Shown here: positions 1 through 8,465 of the stretch, piece after piece | Position numbering within the stretch: the first letter of the stretch is position 1 | How the letters are laid out: every line of letters starts with the position of its first letter | DNA from: an uncultured Chloroflexia bacterium | GTDB taxonomy: Bacteria > Chloroflexota > Anaerolineae > Fen-1058 | Reading direction: 5' to 3' | DNA length: 64,000 nt | Assembly: GCA_963844815.1 (NCBI GenBank) | Contig: CAWJPR010000018.1 | Span: 462,498 to 526,497, forward strand | The notes under the pieces: model-generated | What the model was told of the DNA's origin: nothing | Databases searched by the model: none | The model's input: only the letters and a program-made list of their open reading frames with translations | Made by a program: the position numbers and the translations under genes

Positions 1-237
1 GACGCGATCGTGATCCCGTATCCCGGCCGCAAGTCGCTGGAGACCATCGCCGCCATGGTCAGCGTGCCGTGGCTGATCAGGCCGGGCCATTTGGAAAATG
101 CGGCCGCCGAACTGAGTGAGGCGATCGAGCTGGGGAGCGCGGGTGTGTGGTTCGATCACGCGGTGTTTGCCCGCTCGAATCCGGTGGAACTGCTGCAGGC
201 CTATGCGGCGCAGGTCCATCCAGCGGCAGTCGCTTAA
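1..237 (+). CDS. C-terminal fragment of a gene that starts upstream of the window (hypothetical; product not identified)
   Basis: ORF is open from base 1 in the frame of ORF 10..237; stop at 235-237; high-GC codon usage. Confidence 0.3.
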   Translation, partial: DAIVIPYPGRKSLETIAAMVSVPWLIRPGHLENAAAELSEAIELGSAGVWFDHAVFARSNPVELLQAYAAQVHPAAVA

Positions 238-263
238 CACGTGACCACAGGGATGACGACATT

Positions 264-1550
264 ATGCACAACGGTTTAGAAGCCCGCATGGCACGCTTGT
301 TCAACCGGCACGGCGACGGCCGCGCGGTGTGCGTCGCCGCCGATCACGGTTACATGAGCGACGTGACGCCGAACGTCGTGAAGCTGAGGCCGATCACGGA
401 AGCCGTGATTCGCGGCGGGGTAGACGGCATCTTGATGAGCCCCGGCCAGGCCGCGCGCCTCGCGCCGCTGTTTCAGGGACGCGCCGGCCCGGCGTTGATC
501 GTGCGCGCCGACTGGATGAACCTGCCCCGGCTGGGCAGCGCCAACGTCAGCAACGCCGTGCCGCAGCGCGCGCTCTTTCATCAAAAAGTGTTGACGGCCG
601 AGCAGGCGCTGTCACTCGGCGCGACGGCGATCACGATCTATTTGTTTCTGGGTTACGGCGATGAGGTCGAGGCGGCGGGAATTGACTCCTGCGCGAAGTT
701 CGCGGCGGAGTGCCGCAAGGCCGGGCTGCCGTGCATCATGGAGCCGCTGGCCGTGGGCGGCCAGGTGACCGGCGCGAACGTCGTCGAAGTGCTCACGCTC
801 GGCGCGCGCATCTGCGTCGAAATCGGCGCAGACGCTTTGAAGATCCCGTACACGGGCGATGTCGATTCGTTTGCCAATCTGTGCCGCGTCTCGCAGGTGC
901 CCGTGCTCGTGCTCGGCGGCGCCCGCTCGGACAACGAGCGCGACGCGCTGGAACTGTTCGCCGAAGGGCTGGAGGCCGGTTGTCACGGCTGCCTGATGGG
1001 CCGCAACGTCACCAAATCGCCCGACCCCGAAAAGTTGATGCGCCAGCTCTGCCAGGTCGCGCATGAAGGTTACACCGTCGACGAGGCGCTGCGCGGCGAG
1101 CGCTGGAACTACGTCCGCTTGAAGGCCGCGGCCAGCAAATGCACCGGCTGCCAGCTGTGCGTGACTGCCTGCGTGGGCGCGCACGACAGCGGCGCGTTCA
1201 GCACGCACCTGGCGCGGCTGCACATCGATCCGGTGAAGTTGGGCCAGCACAAGGTGATGTTCTGCACGCTGTGCAAGAAGTGCCTCGACGTCTGTCCGAC
1301 AGGCGCCCTGAAGTGGCACGACAGCACGGGCGCGGTGGAACTGATCGTGGAGCAGTGCACGGCGTGCGACAAGTGCGTGGAGATTTGCCCGACCAGGGTG
1401 ATCGAGCGCAGTGACACGGCGGTGCGCTTCGACGGCACCGAGCTGCCGTGGTATCCCATCGTGTGCGACCTGTGCGGCGGCGATCCGGCCTGCGCGCGCA
1501 TCTGCCCGACCGAGGCGATCACTATCGACGAGCGCAAGAGGTTTCCATAG
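264..1550 (+). CDS. class I aldolase (DhnA/FbaB/LsrF-type TIM barrel) fused to a C-terminal 2x[4Fe-4S] polyferredoxin domain
   Basis: ATG at 264 begins MHNGLEARMARLF..., a DhnA-family aldolase-like N-terminal about 290 aa; C-terminal about 140 aa carries four CxxCxxCxxxCP-type cysteine clusters (CTGCQLCVTAC, CTLCKKCLDVCP, CTACDKCVEICP, CDLCGGDPACARICP); directly upstream of the AOR gene. Confidence 0.8.
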   Translation: MHNGLEARMARLFNRHGDGRAVCVAADHGYMSDVTPNVVKLRPITEAVIRGGVDGILMSPGQAARLAPLFQGRAGPALIVRADWMNLPRLGSANVSNAVPQRALFHQKVLTAEQALSLGATAITIYLFLGYGDEVEAAGIDSCAKFAAECRKAGLPCIMEPLAVGGQVTGANVVEVLTLGARICVEIGADALKIPYTGDVDSFANLCRVSQVPVLVLGGARSDNERDALELFAEGLEAGCHGCLMGRNVTKSPDPEKLMRQLCQVAHEGYTVDEALRGERWNYVRLKAAASKCTGCQLCVTACVGAHDSGAFSTHLARLHIDPVKLGQHKVMFCTLCKKCLDVCPTGALKWHDSTGAVELIVEQCTACDKCVEICPTRVIERSDTAVRFDGTELPWYPIVCDLCGGDPACARICPTEAITIDERKRFP

Positions 1551-1565
1551 TGCTAAGGTGAATGT

Positions 1566-3384
1566 ATGAATCCAACACAACGCGGTTATTGCAACCGTAT
1601 CTTGCGCGTGAATTTGAGCAGCGGCCGCATCTCGACCGAGCCGCTGCCCGAACCCGCCTTGCGCCTGCTGCTGGGGGGCAAGGGCCTGGGCGCCTACTTC
1701 CTGTTCAACGAACAGGCGCCGGGCGTGGAGGCGCTGTCGCCGGACAACAACTTGATCTTCAACGTCGGCCCGCTCACCGGCACGACCGCGCCAACGGCCG
1801 GCCGTTTTGGCAGCACGACGAAGAGCCCGGCCACCGGCACATACTCCGATGCCTATTGCGGCGGCTACTTCGGGCAGACGCTGAAATATGCGGGTTACGA
1901 CGCGCTGATCGTGCAGGGCGCGGCGAGCGAGCCCGTCTCCATCGTGATCGACGACGATCGGGTGGAGGTCCGCTCCGCGCGCGAGTTGTGGGGCACGACG
2001 ATCACCGCTGCCACCGAGCGCCTGTGGCGCGACTTCGGGCGCGATTGGGAATCGCTGGTCATCGGGCCGCCGGGCGAGAAACAAACCAACATCGCCAGCA
2101 TCTTCAACGATACGCGCGCGCTGGCGCGCGGCGGCGTGGGCGCGGTGATGGGCTCGAAGCATCTGAAGGCCGTCGTCGCGCGCGGAACCGGCCGGGTGAC
2201 GGTGGCCGATCGGGCGCGGTTCGATCGCGCGCTGCAGCTCGCCAGCCGGGCCGTGCGCATGTCCAGCGCCATTACTCGCATGAATCAGGAAGGCACGGCC
2301 AACATCCTGGAATTCGTCAATATGGCGGGCGCCCTGCCCACGCGCAACTTTCAGCAGGGGCAGTTTGAAGGCGCGGACGAGATCAGCGGCGAGGCCTGGA
2401 AGGAAAAATCCTGGAAGCAGAATTACGCCTGCTTCGGCTGTCCCATCGCCTGCAGCAAGATCGCGCGCGAGGTCGACGGCAAAGTGCTGGAAGGGCCGGA
2501 ATACGAGACGATCTACGCCATGGGATCGAACTGCGCCATTGCCGATCACGATACAATCATCCGCATGTCGCTGCTGTGCGACGAGTACGGCATCGACACG
2601 ATCAGCGCCGGAGCGATCGCGGCCTTCGTGATGGAGTTGTTCGAGAAAGGCTTCATCCGCGCCAGTGAGCTCGACGGCCTTGAGCCGCGCTTCGGCGATT
2701 GTCGCGCGGCGCTGGCGCTGATCGACAAGCTGGCGAAGGGGGAAGGCTGCGGCGAGTGGTTGAGCGAGGGCGTTGCCAGGATTGCGGCGCGCTATCCCGG
2801 GTCTGACGCGTTTGCCATGCACGTCAAGGGGCTGGAGATGCCGGCCTATCATCCCAACGGCGCGAAGGGCATGGCGCTGGGTTACGCGGTATCCGAGCGC
2901 GGCGCCTGTCACCTGCGCGGCGCGCCGCTGACCGAAGTGCTGGGCGGGGCCGATCCCTTGAGCATTGCCGGCAAGGCGAAGTTGTTCCGCGAGCATCAGT
3001 CCGAGTCGGCCCTGTGGAATAGCGCGGTGCTGTGCTGCTTCCCCGGCTTTGGCATGAGCCTGAAAGAGACTGTGGCAATTGGTCAACGCCGCCACCGGTT
3101 TTGATTATGCGACGGCGCGCGAGTTCGAGTCAGTGGGCGAGCGCATCAATACCCTGGCGCGGCTGTTCAATGTGCGCGAAGGCCTGGCGCGCCGGCAGGA
3201 CACGCTGCCCGCGCGGAATCTCTCGCAGCCGCTGCAAGGCAGCGGGCCGGCCAAAGGCCACGTGGTGGAACTCGATCCGATGCTGGACGAGTATTACGCG
3301 CTGATGGGCTGGGATCAGAACGGCGTGCCGACGCCGGAGCGTTTGAAGGAAATGCAGTTGGATCAACTGCTGACGGCAGCCTAA
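1566..3384 (+). CDS. aor: aldehyde:ferredoxin oxidoreductase (tungsten/molybdopterin AOR family); reading frame broken by an apparent 1-nt insertion near 3066-3070
   Basis: ORF 1566..3104 has AOR N-terminal and central domains (MNPTQRGYCNRILRVNLSSG..., GGKGLGAYFL). The AOR C-terminal domain continues in ORF 3079..3384 (LVNAATGFDY...). The junction 'gcaattggtc' versus an expected 'gcattggtc' indicates one extra base. Confidence 0.85.
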
Positions 3385-3608
3385 GTGTGCGGAATCGCAA
3401 CGGCTCAGCCGTTCCCGCGTGCACGCACGAGTGCCGCAGCGAGGCGGGCGGTAGCGGCATAGCGCGAATCGAGCGTGATCGGCCATACCCGCCGCTCATG
3501 CGGCGGAGGCGCGCTGGGCAACGGACTGACCGCTCCGCCAGGGGCGACCTCACCGACGGTCACTGGATACCGCCTAGACACGCGGGAATGCTGATACAGG
3601 AGCAATTG

Positions 3609-4652
3609 ATGCCCACTCTTTGGAACAACGCATACACCCGATCGGAATTGCAGCGCCACGTCATGGATCTGCGGCACCTGGCCGACATCCGCCCGTTTGA
3701 GTTGAGCGACGGCCCGGAACGCGGGGGGCGCTGCCTGCACGTGCGCAACGCCGCCGGTCTTGACTTCACCATCCTGGCCGATCGCGGCCTGGGCCTGTAT
3801 GACGCGCAGTTTCAAGGCGTGCCGCTGGCTTTCATCTCCTCCGTCGGCGCGACGCACCCCGCCTACGCCGAGCAGCCCGGCTTCGGCTGGCTGCGCACGT
3901 GGCCCGGCGGTTTTCTCACGCCCTGCGGGCTGACGCAAGTGGGCAGCCCGTGCAACGACAACGGCGAAGAATTGGGCATCCACGGACGCCTGTCCAATCT
4001 GGCGGCGCAGCAATTGCAGTGGGGCGCCGAGTGGCAGAACGATCGCTACGTGCTGTGGGCCGCAGGCGCGCTGCGCGAAACCTCGGTCTTTGGCGTGAAC
4101 CTCGTCATGAAGCGCCGCATCAGCACCACACTGGACGAGGCCAAAATGTGGATCGAAGATCGGATCGAGAATCACGGCTTCGAACCCGCGCCGTTGATGC
4201 TGCTGCAGCACTTCAGTCTGGGCTTTCCGCTGGCGGACGCGACCACCCGCCTGGTTTTGCCGGCCCATACGACCGTGCCGCGCGACGACGCCGCGCGTCC
4301 CGGCCTCGATCACTGCCTTGAATTCGACGATCCGATCGACGACTATCAAGAGCAGGTCTTTTATCACGACCTGCAAGCCGGCGCGGACGGCAAGGTGGAA
4401 GTGCGCCTGGTCAATTCCGCCTTTAACCACGGGCAGGGATTGGGCGTGGCGTGGCGCTACCCCAAAGCGGACTATCCCGTGCTGGTCGAATGGAAGATGA
4501 TGCGCGCGGGCTTCTATGCCGTCGGCGTCGAGCCGGGCAACTGCCGCGTGGAAGGGCGGGTTGCCGAACGCGAGCGCGGCACGCTGCAGATGATCGCGCC
4601 ACAGGAGGCGCGCACGTTCAGCATCGAGCTGGAGTTCTTCAACAACCAGTAA
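3609..4652 (+). CDS. hypothetical protein (possibly aldose-epimerase/DUF4432-like, as seen in sugar-catabolic clusters; family assignment tentative)
   Basis: ATG at 3609 preceded by AGGAG; 347-aa ORF with coding-like composition. The upstream part of listed ORF 3387.. lacks coding character. Confidence 0.7.
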   Translation: MPTLWNNAYTRSELQRHVMDLRHLADIRPFELSDGPERGGRCLHVRNAAGLDFTILADRGLGLYDAQFQGVPLAFISSVGATHPAYAEQPGFGWLRTWPGGFLTPCGLTQVGSPCNDNGEELGIHGRLSNLAAQQLQWGAEWQNDRYVLWAAGALRETSVFGVNLVMKRRISTTLDEAKMWIEDRIENHGFEPAPLMLLQHFSLGFPLADATTRLVLPAHTTVPRDDAARPGLDHCLEFDDPIDDYQEQVFYHDLQAGADGKVEVRLVNSAFNHGQGLGVAWRYPKADYPVLVEWKMMRAGFYAVGVEPGNCRVEGRVAERERGTLQMIAPQEARTFSIELEFFNNQ

Positions 4653-4678
4653 CGCGTCCGGGTTACATTCTCAATTGC

Positions 4679-4784
4679 GTGTCATTCTGAACGAGCGAAG
4701 CGAGTGAAGAATCTCTACCACAGCTTGCACTTGATGCCAATCAAGTAAGAGATGCTTCGTCCCTGCGGGACTCAGCATGACACT
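4679..4784. repeat. REP/MITE-like imperfect palindrome, family A (GTCATTCTGAACGAGCGAAGCGAGTGAAGAATCTC ... GAGATGCTTCGTCCCTGCGGGACTCAGCATGAC)
   Basis: inverted arms read directly; intercistronic. Confidence 0.7.
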
Positions 4785-4818
4785 CATGATCTAACTTCGT
4801 CAATGCGAAAGAGGAAGC

Positions 4819-5709
4819 ATGAAACTCTATGGCGGTATTGAAGCCGGCGGCACCAAATTTGTCTGCGTGATCGGCAGCGGGCCGGACGACATCGTGGCCG
4901 AGGCGCGCATCGCGACCACGCAGCCCGCGGAAACCATCGGGCACACGATCGACTTCTTCAAGCGGCACGCGCGCGACTACCCGGTCAGCGCGGTCGGCAT
5001 TGGCTCATTCGGGCCGGTCGATCTCGATCGGGCGTCCGCGACTTACGGCTACATCACCACCACGCCCAAGCCGGGCTGGGCGCAGACCGATCTCTGCGGC
5101 GCGCTCCAGCACACCCTGCAGGTCCCGGTCGCCTTTGACACCGACGTGAACGCGGCGGCCTTTGGCGAGCATCACTGGGTCGCGGAGAATCGTTTACTCG
5201 ATCCGCTGCTCTATCTCACCATCGGCACGGGCATCGGGCTGGGCGCCATCGTCAACGGCAAGCCGCTGCACGGCCTGCTGCATCCCGAAGGGGGCCACAT
5301 GTTATTACCGCACGATCGCACGGTCGATCCCTTTGAGGGCGCGTGTCCCTTTCACGGCGACTGCTGGGAGGGCCTGGCGGCCGGGCCCGCCGTGGAAAAA
5401 CGCTGGCAGCAGCGCGGCGAAACCCTGCCGCCCGATCATCCCGCGTGGCAGCTGGAGGCGCACTACGTGGCGCTGGCCGTGGCGAATTTGATCTATTGCT
5501 TCTCGCCGCGGCGGGTGGTCCTGGGCGGCGGCGTGATGCAGCAGCCGGGCATCATCGATCGCGTCCGGGGCGAAGTGCAGCGCTCGATCAACGGCTATCT
5601 GCAATCCGAGCGGATCACGCGCGACATCGATCAACTGATCGTGCCGCCGGGACTGGGCACGCGCTCCGGGGTGCTGGGCGCGATCGCGCTGGCGATTGCG
5701 GCGGAATAA
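4819..5709 (+). CDS. ROK-family sugar kinase (fructokinase/Mak-like)
   Basis: MKLYGGIEAGGTKFVCV... glycine-rich ATP-binding N-terminus; Zn-binding PEGGHMLLPHDRTVDPFEGACPFHGDCWEGLA motif typical of ROK fructokinases. Confidence 0.85.
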   Translation: MKLYGGIEAGGTKFVCVIGSGPDDIVAEARIATTQPAETIGHTIDFFKRHARDYPVSAVGIGSFGPVDLDRASATYGYITTTPKPGWAQTDLCGALQHTLQVPVAFDTDVNAAAFGEHHWVAENRLLDPLLYLTIGTGIGLGAIVNGKPLHGLLHPEGGHMLLPHDRTVDPFEGACPFHGDCWEGLAAGPAVEKRWQQRGETLPPDHPAWQLEAHYVALAVANLIYCFSPRRVVLGGGVMQQPGIIDRVRGEVQRSINGYLQSERITRDIDQLIVPPGLGTRSGVLGAIALAIAAE

Positions 5710-5925
5710 TCGTAGAGGCGTTTTCGTGCAGGGCAAGTTGGCTACTTGCCCTGCTTTTGTTTATAGAAGACGAATCAAGCGTGAACGGCGCAGGCGTCGG
5801 AAGCGAGGCGGCATGGTGCTCCTGATGGGTTGAGGTTATGCGGCGGGGGAGATGATACCATGAAGTGAATCGAACGACGCCGAGAATGTTTTGCTTGCGT
5901 TTGCCCAGCGTATCATTCGAGCATA
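5683..5925 (+). repeat. left copy of an about 240-bp diverged direct repeat (3' end of fructokinase gene + terminator + 5' end of a downstream ORF)
   Basis: About 70-75% identical to 8536-8775, e.g. gcgatcgcgctggcgattgcggcggaataa versus gcgatggcgctggcgattgcagcggaataa. Confidence 0.6.
5731..5769 (+). terminator. rho-independent terminator after the fructokinase gene
   Basis: gcagggcaag-ttggcta-cttgccctgc stem-loop followed by ttttgtttat. Confidence 0.7.
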
Positions 5926-7785
5926 AATTAGAACGCTGTAGTTTGCGCAGTTTGCTTTACTCAGAAATAGACGATGCTAAGTTGGCGGCTGAACATAAAC
6001 TGTGCCGAAAGATTAGTTGTGCTTTTCCATATATGAAAGTAAGTGTAGTACACTCTAGCAAGAGAGTGTCCATCACGGATTCAATATTTTACGATTACCT
6101 TTCAGGAAGGATGTTGTGGGCTATGGCTAAAAGAACTGATAAACACCACCCAGATCAAATGTGGATGTTTGCAGACCTAGTTGAACAGGCTGACACCATC
6201 TCAGACATTCGAGCACGTGAGTCGCAATTGCGTGGTGAGGCCGAGATTCGTATTTCAGCGCCATCCACTCACAACTTCCCACCCTTGGTTTTTCCACAAC
6301 GGTGGGAATTACTAAAAGCAGAAACCGAAAAACGGAATATTCCAATTAAACCACTCATAATACCAGTGCAGCAGGCGCTTATAGAGATTGAAAAAGAACG
6401 TCGCCAAATCCATGAAACTGGAATGGGACGCTTGTCATCATAAGCGGAGTTTGAGGCAGCGGCAAATCGACTTTTCTAAATTCGCTGGATTTGTTTATTG
6501 GGGGCGTGAGCGTACACACTATTACTCTGCGAACAATTGATCGAAATGAATCTGTCGAGGATAAACTTGCGGCACTGCGACGCGAGAAAAGTGAATTCAC
6601 TGTTATTGTGCTTGAAGGCAAAGAGTCGCCCGGGGCCTTGAAGAGCGAAGAAATCGATATTCTCCTAACAACCCTAAACTCAGACTTTCGCCATGGCGCA
6701 GGGGAAGCATACTCTTTTTGTTATTCCAACAACCTCACAATCTGTTGCGCAGGCAAATAGTCAACGTGCAGCTGATATAGGCGGTATGACATTACGATCC
6801 CGCCCATTCTACATTTTCACCGGTCCCCGCCGAAACGAATACGAGCAGACCACTGATAAGATGCTGCGTGCTTTGAATGATTCGCGAGGACTGTTCGACT
6901 ATGGAATTACTCCCGAAACCGCTAAGGGTTTGACTGAATCTTCTGAATCCATGGGACAATTCATAATCGACTGCTATGAAGAAATCAAGCGTCAGCAGGA
7001 CGCACTTAAAACAGACGGCATTTGAGATTAGGCGAAAGAACCTGCATCTTTGGATGGTCTTTTGCTCCTATGAAGAAGACAATCGCCGAAATTACGATAT
7101 CATACGCGCACTGACCATTAGCAACTTTCAATACGCCCAAGTTGGGCGTATGTTGGTTGGTGAATCCAACGAAATCAAATTCTGGGAAGGAAGGCAGTCG
7201 ACCTTTGCATTGGCTGCACAGTATTTAGACTTGCGAGTAACTTACATGCCGATGAAGACTGCAAACGCCATTGTCACTGCATATGGCAATAAGGGAGCTA
7301 ATTGAGAAACTCAAGAAAATCCCTCTAGAAAGTGGCGAGGCGGCGGTCAAACGCGAGGCAGTTGGGACAATTGCTCAAGAGTCTCTCATGGGTACAGCAC
7401 TTGGAGCATTTCTGCGCGGTGAAGAATTCGTTGAGCGTGATATTGTCCGTCGAAACAAACCCCGAGAGAAACAAAACTCTTTTCAAAGAGATAATGAAAA
7501 CCTCAAATGACAAAGACCTCAACGCCCTTGTTGCCCAAACATTGCGTGATGCAGCAGTAAAGACGCCGAACAGAAATGTTTATACTGAGACTAACGATTG
7601 ATGACGGTGGGCACCTTGTTACGGATATCGCTGTAGTAACGCCGACGGACATTTACTGCATAGAGTTAAAGTGGCGCTCATCTTTGCTGGCCGAGAGTGA
7701 AATAACCAGAGAAACTTTGGACAGAGTAAAAGACTTTTCTATTCAACTACCCGAACTGCGAAACCTTCTAGGAAGGCTCGACTAA
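5865..7785 (+). pseudogene. decayed AT-rich gene broken into at least 7 overlapping frame-shifted ORFs; C-terminal piece has a PD-(D/E)XK-nuclease-like motif
   Basis: Consecutive overlapping ORFs 5865-6443, 6491-6760, 6693-7025, 6976-7305, 7271-7510, 7332-7601, 7576-7785 in shifting frames; last piece has TDIAVVTPTDIYCIELKW (D...ELK); GC far below flanks. Confidence 0.5.
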
Positions 7786-7814
7786 GTTATGCGCTGTGTG
7801 AAGTTCGCGCTTAC

Positions 7815-8234
7815 TCAGGGCGCAAACTGCCGCAAGAATTCGTCGGGGGTGATGATTGAAATCCCACGGAAAGGGTTCAAGGTCAATAAATCCTGATCGC
7901 CGCTAATCAGATAAGCAGCCGCGCCGTTGACGGCCAATTCCAAGTACTTGTCATCCTTGGGATCACGGCAGGCATGAATTTCTTCGGCGATTTCAACCAG
8001 CTGGGCCTCACGAACCAGGGCTTCAATGAATCGATCGCGCTCCTGTGGGAGGATATACCGCTCAAACTTCTCGCGGCACAGGACTTCGATCAACTCAGTC
8101 AGCACCGGCAGCGAAATCAAAATGACAGGCTGCTCCAGAGCGAGACGAAAGGCTTGACCCGGCTTCGAGTGCTCAAAGAGCAATGCGCTGATCGCCACAT
8201 TGGCGTCAAAGATGCAGCATGTATCACTCGTCAC
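7815..8234 (-). CDS. vapC: PIN-domain toxin (VapC-like) of a type II toxin-antitoxin pair
   Basis: 139-aa intact ORF with PIN-like acidic residues (IFDANVAISAL..., ...ISGDQDLL); 11-nt overlap with upstream small ORF. Confidence 0.7.
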   Translation of the reverse strand: MTSDTCCIFDANVAISALLFEHSKPGQAFRLALEQPVILISLPVLTELIEVLCREKFERYILPQERDRFIEALVREAQLVEIAEEIHACRDPKDDKYLELAVNGAAAYLISGDQDLLTLNPFRGISIITPDEFLRQFAP

Positions 8235-8451
8235 TGAGCAGATCCTGCAGCATGTGAGGGGTCAAGCCACGCGCCTGTGCATTGCGGCTGATCTCACTCA
8301 TCACGCGCGTGAGGGATTCGGGAGTTCGCGTCGCCTCCAGCAGGCGCAAGCTTAGCAAGGTTTCCAGTTTCCGCCGCATTTCAGGCGTAACCGATGCGAA
8401 GGCGCGAGCCGCTTGTGGATCAACTTGAATTGTGATGGGAATGGTCGTCAT
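8224..8451 (-). CDS. antitoxin partner of the PIN toxin (small, acidic C-terminus)
   Basis: 75-aa ORF immediately upstream of and overlapping the PIN toxin gene; classic TA arrangement. Confidence 0.6.
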   Translation of the reverse strand: MTTIPITIQVDPQAARAFASVTPEMRRKLETLLSLRLLEATRTPESLTRVMSEISRNAQARGLTPHMLQDLLSDE

Positions 8452-8465
8452 TGCGATACCTCCTG

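Noticed and set aside
612-3095. Very long antisense ORFs (612-3095 -, 3405-4430 -, 15356-16471 +, 21919-23079 -, 35855-38005 +, 38120-40108 +, 48074-49216 -, 50328-51800 -, 55474-57300 -, 61597-62490 -, 63263-63931 -)
   Set aside because: They lie opposite genes with clear family signatures, are Arg/Ala/Gly-rich with no motifs, and are the usual stop-codon-poor shadow frames of high-GC DNA.
3385-3608. 224-nt GC-rich spacer between aor and the next gene as a possible riboswitch or sRNA
   Set aside because: No recognisable conserved riboswitch motif or convincing terminator-antiterminator structure by eye; left unannotated.
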